A stretch of DNA of 64,000 nt, from the NCBI RefSeq assembly GCF_964204645.1, contig NC_134029.1, forward strand, positions 17,912,950 to 17,976,949, written 5' to 3'. Under the pieces are notes generated by a model. It was not told where the DNA came from. It searched no databases and was given only the letters and a program-made list of their open reading frames with translations. The stretch is from Tubulanus polymorphus. Taxonomy: Eukaryota; Animalia; Nemertea. Below are positions 1-26,300 of this stretch, one piece after another (position 1 is the first letter of the stretch; every line of letters begins with the position of its first letter). The position numbers and the translations under genes were made by a program.

Positions 1-1773
1 AGTTTACAACGTTATCGTCATATTTCACATTACAAATATTTATTGTTTGAAATCACCGACAGTCGCTGTCTGGTCACCCTCTATTTTTGACTGTTCTGTT
101 CCATTCTAAAGCATCTGTGATAGTAGAAATGATTCTTTTTTCTACTTTTTATTTCATCAGCCATACTCCCGAGTAGACCGAATCTAAAAAAATCATCGAT
201 TTTCCTTTCTTTCTTGAAATTTCTTAACCCCGGCAAATTACTCAGCTTTGTCGGATTACTCAGCATTGTAAAATTGAGGAAAGTTTTCTGCCATTTTTAT
301 CCAACACATTATAGGGCCTAGTCACTTCTAATTTTAAATGCAACATTCGACTTTTAAACATTAACCAAGTGTCATCATTCGATATGAGCAACAAGTTCGT
401 TTTATTCTTTCGAAGAACGAGATACCGGTTAGCGGGTTACTCACACGTACACCGGTAAAACCATAAATAATACCTTACGCATAAAGGTTACGGAATTTTT
501 CGAAAAAAAATAAGTCACTGGTACCCTGGTTACCATCAGAATGTTGGCGATTTGCTAGTGATATATATATATATACAAACAAGTCTCACAGAAAACAAAA
601 CAAGGAGAATAGCCGAATAATGTCTGGAATTTGAAAACGTTATCTGCGAAGGGTAAATTCCAACCTGGGAAATCATGTCAAGGGTATTTAAGGGAATAGT
701 ATAGACGGGTAGTTGTAAGGAATTCACAAACATATAATGTATCCGTGTGTGCCTGCACCAGTAACCTCTCGGTAAATCAAATGAACCGCAGAATTCCAGC
801 ATTATATCAGATAGGGATGATCCATTCCTTATTACACGTGGATAATTTTGTAGAAACATTCCGGTTCCTTTATACCGACAGTGACGTCGCCACAGGTTCG
901 ACACGATTATCGGACCCGGTAATGAAAAACATGGTCCTATTGAAAATTCCGCAACGGTTTTTATTCATCCTGTCTTTAGAATACATGAAAATGCATGTGG
1001 ATGCCTCAGGTTTTTCAAAATCTTATGGTGAAGGAACCCCAGGCCCCCAGCAAGGGATTCATGACTACGGTGCTCGCCTTTGCTTAAACCCAACGTATGC
1101 CCTTTTCCTGTCTGACCAGTGGGAAAATGAAGGATACATCACTGACCGGTATTCATAAATTTATCGATTCTGTAAATCTTTTTAACCATGCAATTAAAAT
1201 CTTACTGAAGTTTATCTAGGGCTTAAGAGTTTACCGCTTATGCTGGTATCAGGGTTGCATTACATATCGAAACCTTCATTAACTTTATAATCAATGAGTC
1301 AAATCATTTCAATTCACTTTAGATCAGGCTCTGACATTAACCTCACCATTGTACATAGGCTTTATCTTTAAACCTAGAACTCATTGTATTATTGCAAAGG
1401 AGCGATTGATTGTCTGACTGTGAGCTATAGATGAAATGATATTCCCGCAAAATTAAGCCAGGTTCACCGATCCCCAACAGTCAGGACACATTCTTCAACT
1501 AAAATCCTATGTCCTAGTAATATGGTCCTAAGTCAGTACCAACAAAAAACTTCAGACGGTTCCATGCATCTGGAATTTCTAAATTTTCTCGCGAAAGGCT
1601 CATAATTCCGGCTCTAATTTGCCTATAATGGATTGCCGCTAGATCCGTACCTTAGACTAAATCATTTTTAAAAGAATTTGACGCACGCATCTAAATTTTG
1701 CAAAGATATTTTACCAACCATTTCTGCGTGGTGATTTTACTCATGTCCCAAAGAAGGTATTAAGGATACTTAC

Positions 1774-15683
<13,910 letters not shown>

Positions 15684-15800
15684 ATTTAATCCATAATCCG
15701 CGAATTTGTGCACAGGGTAATTCTCCAAGTCAAAATCGTTCTTCCTCCGCCATTTTGTTTTTTGATCTTCTCACTGTCGCCCTCTGTGGGCAGTATTCGG
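15684..15800 (-). promoter_or_regulatory. Probable KIBRA 5' UTR / proximal promoter with a YY1-like motif
   Basis: CCGCCATTTT at about 15747-15756, just upstream of the start codon; the transcription start is not directly visible. Confidence 0.4.
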
Positions 15801-16168
15801 AACTACCTATTCTCACGACAAGAAATCATGATTTGAGTTCTATGAAGAAATGGACTAAAACGAATTCATAGTCTATTTTCGTTTTATAGTCCATGATTAT
15901 ACTCACTAATCATTTTCTGTTGAAATATAATTGTGCTAAATTAGTCTTGTAATAGATACACTACCGGGTACCGCTATATTTGTTTTTAGACTGTATATTC
16001 AGTTTAAATTAGTTTCTTAATTGAAGAATTTACTAAAGAGAATGTCTATGCGGGCCTAATAAACTACTTGGCCACTGGTTATTAGCGCCCTAGAGACATT
16101 CAGAATTTAGAAAGGAGAAAAACACTTTCTTACAAAATCTAACTGTGAAAAAAGGCTAATGCCTATTC

Positions 16169-16375
16169 ATAAACGCGAGAAATCCCACAATAAATGTAGC
16201 CAAAACGAGAAACTTGAATAAGAGTAAATATAATATATTTACTCTTATATTTGCGCAACGTTTCGGCTAAAGGATGATGGCTAATTGGCTTTAGCTGAAA
16301 CGTTGCGCAAATATATTTACTCTTATTCAAGTTTCTCATTTTGGCTACATTTATTATGGGATTTCTCACGTTTAT
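16169..16375. repeat. Long near-perfect inverted repeat (foldback)
   Basis: Arms of about 85 bp, loop of about 17 bp, 20-bp insertion in the left arm. Confidence 0.85.
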
Positions 16376-16865
16376 TCATCATGCACGGATATTGTGTTTT
16401 CTTCTTTCTCAACTCAACTATTCATATTTTCACATTTCTAAGTTACTATATTTGGAGGGGAAAGGTTATATTTAATGACGTTTTGTATGTTTATAACATT
16501 AGGCTCTTTTTTGTATGCGTGCAAATGAAGATTGTATTTTCCTGTTACTTTTGTATGCACATAAAAAGGAGGGTTGAAAATCTAAATTTTATGTGTACAT
16601 AATAAGATCCCAAGGATCCATTTTGCTTTAAAAAATCGAAAATCAGAAATTTCTAAAAAAAAAGGTACTAGTCATTGGAAATATGTGGATGCTGCCAGAA
16701 TGTCCTCATATCAATTTTCCCTCAAAATATTTGTGGAAAACTCTCAGATCTCACACCTGGATCTACCCCTACTTGGGCTTGACTCGATATTACATGAGAG
16801 GAAACAAAATGTCACAAAAATAATTAGCAACAAAATAAGTCGATAATTGGCATATCATAACAACT

Positions 16866-16871
16866 TTTATT
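16866..16871 (-). terminator. Probable polyadenylation signal of myosin IX (implies a 3' UTR of about 3.2 kb)
   Basis: AATAAA on the minus strand followed by a T/GT-rich tract; other sites are possible. Confidence 0.45.
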
Positions 16872-17706
16872 GTGATCAATACAGATTTGGCTCACAGTTT
16901 AGTCATCGATTTGACTAGAGTATAAATATTGATGCATCTCTTTCTTTTAAACTATAACTGTTTAACAAGAGGAGAAATTTAAGTCACCATTTTATAACAG
17001 TGGAAAATAGGATAACAACCATTATACGTGTTAGCCTTTCCCCACATAACTTATGGCTGGCAACAAACTCCTAAAGAATTAACAATTTTAAGTAACTTGG
17101 CTGGAGGGATGGATCGCCATCGAAATGACAACAAAACCAATACATAGTTTTATAGACTAGCGAGTCGCAACTAAAACTAATGTATTGCCAATGGTGTTAG
17201 ACTTTAATCCTGGGCTTAAGTCATAACTGGTCTACAAGATGTATGCCAGGCTGTTGTCATCATTTAGGGATGCAATCTCCCAAAGGTCTGTCTCAGCGAT
17301 TAGTTTTAACACGGCCTAGCTAACGTATTTTATATGATTACTTGAAACATCGCAGTTTTAGCCCATCTCACTCTAGGCGTCTATTTACATCTCACACAAT
17401 TTTCCACATCCCCTCAAACGGAAAGTAAACAATGCAAGCTTTCATCAAACAAGAATGATAACGAGACCTAATAATCAATTCATCCTTAGTAATTAAACAA
17501 TTACATGACAAACCTGTATAAATACAATCACAGTCACAGTGTAACCTACCGTTACACACAAATACAAACGGCACAAAATTTTGGCGGCTGAAAAAACCAA
17601 TTTCGATGAAGAATTTTCAGAATTTCAGAATGATTAGCAGTTTTCCTTGGAACGGAGACATTTTTGACGTTACGAATCAGCATTTCGAGAACTCAATACA
17701 CGATAT

Positions 17707-17918
17707 CAGGGGCAGATCCAGGTACAGTCTTTGACAGGAGCACAAAGAAATGAAACGGGCATACTGTTAAGAGGTCTGGAAATTTAATTTTAACGCAGTT
17801 TCCAGGGTAGTTGAGTACAATTAAAAAGAAATATCGCCCTGAAACATAAGCCGTTGCTTTTCAAAAGGGCGCAAGAAAATTACGATGGGAAAACGTGCTC
17901 CTTGTGGATCCGCGCCTG
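17707..17918. mobile_element. Non-autonomous hAT-like element in the myosin IX 3' UTR
   Basis: Termini caggggcagatcca / tggatccgcgcctg. Confidence 0.55.
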
Positions 17919-18714
17919 AATATCGACGTTCTGCCTACTAGCAATGATTCACTATTGTTTTTAGTGATGTTAAAATTTATTGCATATTATTTTCTGACAT
18001 TGCATCTATCGTGAATTATAAACCAGACTATATTAAACATACATAAATATATATATAGTGCGTATATATATATTTGTTGTTGCCTACATATTGATACTAT
18101 ACTATACAGTTATGTACAATGAGTTTTCCTTTCAACATATACATTTTACATTTTAATACATTTCGATATTTTTTCATCATTCATAGTTACACATTGTACA
18201 GAATATACAAAGATAAAATTTTCCAAATTCAAGGATCTGTTCTTTACAACATCAACAACGATGATGACCCTGAAAAATCAGCGATTCTTCAAATTTCACT
18301 TTTATTCAAAAAATATTTGCACCGACTTCAGGCAAAATTTCAAATGAAAATCAAGTCTCATCGCAGAATAATAATCGCTTATAGAAAAAGAATTCAGGCC
18401 GCTTTTCTTTTTCACCACTCACAGCAAGGCTTTTATGAATAAGTTAAACAGCTGAAAATGTATGACACCTGAATATAGCTGCTAAGTGTAATGATGACTC
18501 TAGAGTCATCATTCCTGAATGAAAAGTCAAAATACAAATATGAAATCCTTAAACTAGATGAGGTTCATTCTTTCGATCATCATAAGTTGGTTAACTGGGA
18601 AATTTGTGGTATTCCGTATTTTCTCTGTCGACTATAAACCTAAGTCTGACTGATTTGGAGCTGTGCATGATCCCATCACATATGCCCTTGGTACACCCCT
18701 TAGCCTATACAGTA

Positions 18715-18841
18715 CAGTAAAATTTGCTTAATTCTGATTTTTAATCCGGATTTTCACTTATTTCGGATTGAATATTTGGACAATTTAACCTGGAACCATG
18801 TAAACTATTATTCATAATTCGAATATAAGTGAGTTCTACTG
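18715..18841. mobile_element. Tc1/mariner-type MITE
   Basis: TA-CAGT...ACTG-TA ends with a degenerate TIR. Confidence 0.55.
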
Positions 18842-19505
18842 TATATAAGATTTCCCCTGCTATGAATGCAGAATGTACCCAAAACTCATCATTTTTGATC
18901 TGCATATGGGTCCTTCATAAATATGTATGCATTAATGGGGGAAGAAATTGACGATTCTACCTATGCTTACATTTAAATTGCATACATGGGATGGGGTAAA
19001 GTGCTTTTTTGAGCCAACGTATGGCCCATATGATCGGTATGTATTTATTCTATGTCTCAGGATTAATTTTTATAACCTTTGTAGATATTTTGCCAGACGC
19101 GGGTGATATGATGATATATTAATAGCTTAGTGTAAATGTGCAATTATTAATTTCAAGATGGCTTTCTGTTTACGAGTCTCCATGAATGCAACCAGTTCAG
19201 TTCAGGTAAAAGAAAACTTCATTTTGAAGGAAAAAAGTGTTTTCTAAGGTTATGTAGCCAACCGTTTCTATTAAAATCTGTCGTTTAAAAAACTCGAATT
19301 TACTGTTATAAAAATACTTCTGAACAAGATTACTTTTTCAATAAAATTTCACAAATTTCATAGCAGTATTTAAACAGAGATTTCAATGAATATGATAAAG
19401 ACGACATGTACCTTAAGATTATACATTAACATTTAATGGCACTTTAAACAGTTTCCATGGTTTTATGTTATTATAAACATGTAACTCAGTATCTTTTTAC
19501 ATATA

Positions 19506-19956
19506 CAGTAAACCATGCCCAAGTGGGTTTGTTTTGAGACTGGAAGAATTTCTACGACTAATTGAATAGTCGAATTTCAAGCTTTTTAATCAAAACTACC
19601 ACCGGGTATGACGACTTAAAGAGATAGAGCTCAAGACGACTTAAAGAGACAAGAGCTCAATCGTAAGTACACGTACCTACCAAATATTGACTTAGCTTAT
19701 ATAATGACAGAAGCAGCGAAGCCCACACATATCTCAACCTATTTCAGTGAGTTCGATTAAAAAGCCTCCAACTTAGAGCTAGAGGTTTCAACACATTTCT
19801 AATAATTTGGACCATAAAAATACTACGACATACGTAGGTCTCTGATTTTTGGACAGAAATATATTTGAAAATGAGAAAATAACCTAGACCTAGAATTTTC
19901 CACCAACTTGAGCTTATATCCGACTTATGCCGATATAGCATGCGCATGGTTTACTG
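19506..19956. mobile_element. Tc1/mariner-type MITE in the myosin IX 3' UTR
   Basis: 13-bp TIR cagtaaaccatgc with TA duplication; internal tandem duplication of about 25 bp. Confidence 0.75.
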
Positions 19957-20062
19957 TATTCTTTACAAACTGAAATGTTAATATTGGAAATCCAAAATAG
20001 CCAGTCAGTCAACAGATGAATTCACAATTCTCGAGCAAATCTAGTGTCTCTTATGAGCACCA

Positions 20063-20379
20063 TCAAACCATAATCTCATCGTCTTTATCATCTTTTTGCT
20101 CTATATATTCGTTATCCAAAGTAATTTCGAACGTTCCTCGTGCATCGTGAACGCTGTCGGTTTCGTACGACCCTTTTCGACCTATCGGAACTTTGAACGT
20201 CGAAGTTCGCGGTTGGCTGCAGTCATCGTCGTTGAGGTCGCAGTCTTCGGGAATTGTGACGTCGCTGCTGACGCTGCGCGTGAATCGAGTAGTAGCGCGA
20301 GCTGTCGTCGGAGATCGGTTAAACGTCGGAGGTGGTAAACGCTTCTTCGTAAGATGGGTTAGCTGTTTCGGAGGATGTG
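20063..20379 (-). CDS. MYO9: Myosin IX terminal coding exon ...[11 protein letters not shown]-stop
   Basis: ttccag acceptor in phase 1, 317 nt open to TGA; the ending resembles the vertebrate MYO9A C-terminus (EFMV). Confidence 0.9.
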
Positions 20380-23300
20380 CTGGAATTACAGATACGCGGG
20401 AGATGAGCGAACGAAATTTACATCCGAGATACAGAAATTTACGTAGATCGACTCGCGAAATTATCTCACAATATCAATCATCGCGTAAATCGACAAATCA
20501 ATAATGAATAAAATTTCTTTTTTTCTATATTGTTGCAAAGGCAATTAAGAATTACATAGAGCAATGTATTAAAACCAGTAAGATAGAAAACACGGGGTCA
20601 TGCATAAAGTACGTATGCTTGACTTCCAGGTATTTTTAACCCCCCTACCCCCATGTACACCTTCTGTACGATTTTTTATAACCCCCCCTTGCGTACATAC
20701 TTTTATGATTGACCCCTCCCTGGAAAAGTGAATTTTTCAGGATCCACGGTTTAAAAAGGTAAAATTCACCATCATTCATCAGAGCTCCGACAACGATGTA
20801 GGTATTGACGAAGTGAAAGACCGAGAGTGGGGAATTCCCAGGAAATCCCAACAAATATAGGGGGTATTTTCAAAAATCACATTGTGTTTCGTGCACAAAC
20901 TACGTACTATAAACATTAACCCTCCCCCTTGGAAAAGTATGTACGCGTTGAGCTCAATTCTCCACTCCCCCATACGCTTTTTGTATGGATTTCTTAAACC
21001 CCCCTCCCCTACATGCGTACGTACTTTATGCACACCCCCCACGGCCAATTAGTTTGTTTTTTACCCAAATAGCGGAAGAAATTATCTCTTGTTTCGTAAA
21101 AATTGTGTATATTTCAATGGGGAAATTCTCCATTGCTCCATACTAGTATTAGCCGAATGATCATGGGGAAATGATAGGCAGTCACACTGAACAAATGTTG
21201 ATGGCGTTGTCAATTCTCCAACTTAAAGAAATATATACGATGGAAAATTGTGAAAATTGGGATTCGAAAAAACAACCAGCGCAGAGTTAGCACAGTGCGC
21301 TTACGACTAGACTATTGAGATTACTTGCAGATATCACAACTTAATTACTACTTATACCCCTAGCCCAACCCTAACCCTTATATCAATATTAAACCTTACC
21401 AGGTTTTAGATTCGGTAAGGGTTAGGTTTAGGGAACTTACCGGTAATCCTAAAACTAACGCTAAAGCCTAACCCCACACCTAAACCAAATCCTAAAATCG
21501 TAATCCCGTACGAAGTTATGACAAGATGAAACGCTGCACAGCCCATGACATCATCATCATTCGCCGAGTGTGACTATTTACCACTTTCCTACTTGAAACA
21601 GCTAAAATATCCACCGAGCAGACATTACGCAGTGCGATTTTAAACAAATACTGATTGATAAGCAAATAAAGGTTAAAAACAGATGCAGAAAGGAAAAGAG
21701 ACTAAGATATAAATATATCTATATATGAGATTATGTGCAACTCACCATACAATAACAGGGATGTTTGATAGCGTGGAAGATGTTGGAGCAGGTCCTAAAA
21801 TAATCACAATCAAACTTATACATAATTAAAATCTACCCTTTTCTCAGATACTACATGAGGGTCCAGTTTCTTAAAAATGTCTAACACCTATGCGATAGAT
21901 TTATCATGAACTGAATAACACATATCGAAGAAATTAAATTGTTTTATGAATTAAACATTTTTAAGAAACTCATCCTGCCGCATCAGGGATAAACTACAGA
22001 AAAACCCGAAAAATAAGTGATTAAGTGATTTCTGATTGGCAAATAATGATATCATCTAAGCTGCACATGTGGCTGCGCACTGGGGCTAGTCAGGCAGGGT
22101 TTTGTACCGTGATGGACTTGATGCTAAGTTCAAATCCCTGCCGAGGGAGGATGGAGAAACTGGGCCCAGTGCCATACTCGGGTCAATGATTCCACTTGAA
22201 CAACTCAATCAGATGTTGACGGGTATCAGAAAGTATACATGCACGCTGCTAGAATTTACATATATCAGTTTCGCCGAGAGAGACATGCAAGCAATTCTTC
22301 ACATTTTCCATTCCTCATTGCAGGTAAATGTTCCGAAACAAATACAGAATCTTATTTCAACCGCAGATAGCGAAAGCGAATGCCAGGGCCCAGTTTTATC
22401 TCATGTAAATTTAGTTTCTTAATCCATTCAGTGTACATTTAACTGAAACAAGTATTGTTGAAAATCAATAAAATTTCTGACACTTGGTGTTGAACTAAAT
22501 AAAACAGATTACCAGTTCAATCACCAGCTGATAATTAATATTGTATAATCAAATATATAAATTTTAAAGTAGAAAATTAAATGAAAAATGTACTAACACA
22601 TATTTGGAGCCAGCTACTGACTGATAGGCCCTATATGTGAATGAAACTCAGGGTGACCACAATCTTTCCACTTTAAAATTCCTTGCTTTTTCTCTGTGTC
22701 TACCCAATAAAAGCAGAAATTTCCCTGTGTCCTGATGAACAGTAAGACCAGATTTGTTATCTTGACAGACCCAAGAAGTAAGCTAGCCCAGTAAATATTC
22801 CGATTTCCAACTAATATATTTCAAAGGAATTTACCATATGAATGGAAGATTAAGTTAAGTTCTGATTTCAACAGGAATGGAGACCATCATACACGATTCA
22901 CAGGGAAAATGAGTGGGCAAAATAAACACCATATCAAATTCTCTGTTTTCCCAAAGAGAAATCAGTTCCCTGTGTTTTACCTGTTTTCAAGAATTGTGGT
23001 CACCCTAAAACTTAAGACTCTGATATATTATTGCAGTCAAACTCAACCCTTAACCCAGTAACTGGGTCGCAAGATGAAATGATCAATTTTCTCAAAACAT
23101 TGGAAGGATTGATGTATTCGTTATTGAATATGTAGGGTACAAGGAAAATTAGTAGCAATAATTCATATTACAGCGTATAAGGAAACACACATGTACTACA
23201 TATATGTATGAGGTATGGAGATCAGAAGAAGCGATATTTAGGCTTTTTTCTATAACTTGGGAGTACCGATATGCCATCAGAAATTCCGTCAAGAAACATG

Positions 23301-26300
23301 AACAAAAAATATCCAATGTCATGCTACATTTTCAATAATGAAAAAAGAAAGGATTTTTGCTCGACATTTCCATCGAAATTTTGAATCAAATCGTTTGCAA
23401 AAACTTAGTTTTCTTGAAAAAAGTATTCACTTTTATCTTTTTCCTGAAAACATCTGTACTTCGAGTGATTGAAAAAAGGCCTTCATAGTTTCAAGCAGTC
23501 TGCGTATAGCACTGTCAGCATACATGTAGCACAACTACTTCCAAGGATTATATAGACAGACATACAGTGCTTCTCTGGACGTCAGAATAATTATCAACAG
23601 AACTTCAATATTTTCTTGTCGAGTTGTTATTAGGATGTATAATATTTCTTATTTGATAAATTGTTACCAATCTGCTACACATGTTCTAATAGTCGACAGT
23701 ACTCGAGTCGGGTCTGCCCAACTTGGCTAACTGATCAAATCTGATATTCAAGCTGCAATCACATGGAGACGATTTAGCCCGAATCAAACTAGCCCGAAAC
23801 CAAATGTGGCCCGTTTCAAATTCGAGAACATGTTCATATGTATATCAATCGACACTGAATCAATCAAATTATCATTATTGCGCATTAATGGAATCACGGG
23901 ACCATTTCATTTGTTCTGAATGAAAAAATCAAATCATAAACAAGAGTAGAAAATTATTTTTCCGTGTGATTTTTTCATTGGCATGGTCATGGTCCAACGT
24001 TTTCAGTCAGGCCAAGTTTGTTTGGCACGGCCCCATTTAGCATCAGTGTAAACAGTTGGCCTGGGCCGAAAACAACCATGTGATCGCGGCTTTAAACTAG
24101 AGTTCCATTGGACATGTACCTTTGGCGGCTGATGCATTAGTAGGACTATTGCTGTCATTAAGCTATGCCTACATAAGAGAACTTAACTCCTGGGTCAAGC
24201 AGGGCAGATTCAGAATCTTAATATACCAGAATGCTGAAATGATGCAGCAGGCCCTTGATTTATTGCAGAGAAGTTTTCATGCCAAAATTGATAGAATTGG
24301 ATTTGATGTTTTTTGCTGAAATGTAATTGAATTGAATTCGATGATTTCTTGCTGAATAAAATTGAACTGAATGAGCAATCTAGCGCATGGCTAATTGGCA
24401 TCCACTCCTACAGCGCAGACAGGGGATAAGCTATTGCACAACAAGATAAATTTTTTGCCGTGATTCACACTTATTCCAATGGCTGAAAATCTTTAGAATT
24501 GCGCCTTCTAAGACATGATCTCAGGTGAAATGAGATGATGGGGATATAAGCTGACATATCTATGGTGGTTTGCTAGGCTCATATAATAAGTACACTTTTA
24601 CCCTTCTGGATCAGGAATATCGCAATTTTTTCTGGAGGCTTTAAGGGGGTTCACTAGCAACTAGTGAACCGGATCTGACCCTGAAGTAATCAAAACTATT
24701 GCCGAATATGAAGTCTGAAGTAATTCTTTGTATAAGATCATATAGCTGTCCGAGAGAATTAACCTGACCACTCCAGCATTCATTAAGTTAGTCATATTTT
24801 CATTATTCAATCGGCCAGAAATGAACGTTAAGAAAGCACTGTACATCACGGATAAGGATTACAAACTCAGCAAGTTAGTTCATCAAACACGATTAGCGTA
24901 ATCAACTCACCAGGAGAATCGAATGTGGCAGGATATTGTTCTTCGTCTTCCTCCGATTCATACAGCATATCCTCATCCGAGCTACCATGGCGACATTCTA
25001 AAACCGGTAGATTCGACGTCAATTCATCCCTGCAAAGTATCAACAAAATATCATTTGAATAAACTTTCTTGATATATCGCACGGTACATAAATCCTTATT
25101 TCAGCCACTAAGCACAACGTAGAATCCAATCTGTTGGAAAATTTAGCCATGTTGCACAGCTGATCAACTATTGTCGGCTGATGGATAAGCCTGCTTTATA
25201 AGTCGGCTGCAAGGTATTGTCACTCTCTATTTCTAGGCAGACGTTGGCGTGACCATATCGCTGTACTGAGACAGGTATCACCGTAATCATAAACATCACT
25301 TTATGAATTATCAATTTATATAGGTTAGGTTGAATAAACGTTCGGATTAGAATTCTTATAGTGTGCGTTAGTACATCCCAACTCTTTCCATGGCGGTGCC
25401 AGTTTCTGTTTGCGCAAGGGTGAGTAAGACGGAATCTGCCAAACGAACACAGCTTCTACAAAACTTGGCATTATGGTCTGCGTAACCGAAATCTTTTAGA
25501 ATATATGATCGAAACTTGGGTAATATAGGGTACTAGTTCCCAATATTGTACAAAATATATTTCGAAATCAATGAATCAACATATTTCTACTTTGATTGGA
25601 CACGACAGGGTACATTGCGCAGTTTTCAAGATAAGCCTTTTTAAAAGTACTATGAACTGACTTTTCACGCTGGATCGATTCTAAATGTCGTGATAGGGCG
25701 CGTTCCTCCTCATCTACAGCTCGTAACTGAAATTTCTCCTCGTTGATATCAGTCGCCACACGACGCAACATAGGATTCGTTGCACCCTACAGAAAAAAGC
25801 ATATTGCAAAATAACTGATACACTTAATCTTAGAATAATGATGATTATCAACTAGGGCTAATTTTCACAAAGCTTATCATCATTCATTGAATTTTTTAGC
25901 CAATGAGATTTGCGTAGGTCATCATTAGCGAATACATTAGCAAAATACATAGGGCTATAGGTGCTGTATCTTGGTCAATGGCAATAGTAAAATGAAATCG
26001 ATGTAGTTATTCTATGGCTAGTTAATTGTTTCATTAGTTAAACCTCTTTGTTTGCTACCAGTGCGCCCTTTTGGTTCAGGAAGCCTTCATTAAATGCATT
26101 TGATTATGTTACCCGCGTAGCCACATAAGTGAGTCAGTAAATCGCTAAATGATGCCCTGTTATAGAATTTGTTCATACGCGTACATACCTTTGGTAATGT
26201 TTTACGATTGTTTTGAATGTTGTTAAGTTTTTCACTCGCGGTTACGGTATAATTATCTAGCGTATTCAGGTCTTCTATAGTCGACCGCAATTTCGACAAC

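Noticed and set aside
81-266. 61-aa minus-strand ORF as KIBRA exon 6
   Set aside because: It does not resemble the expected KIBRA continuation and lacks fitting splice sites; exon 6 probably lies outside the window.
536-1158. Overlapping 122-aa and 137-aa ORFs
   Set aside because: No recognisable domain, no similarity to the next expected KIBRA exon, and they overlap repeat-like sequence.
20096-20504. Plus-strand ORFs over the myosin IX last exon
   Set aside because: They are antisense shadows of the real coding exon.
24120-24178. Exon-like segment in the last myosin IX intron
   Set aside because: The incoming phase-1 frame hits a stop after three codons, and the open frames need phases not supplied by the upstream exon.
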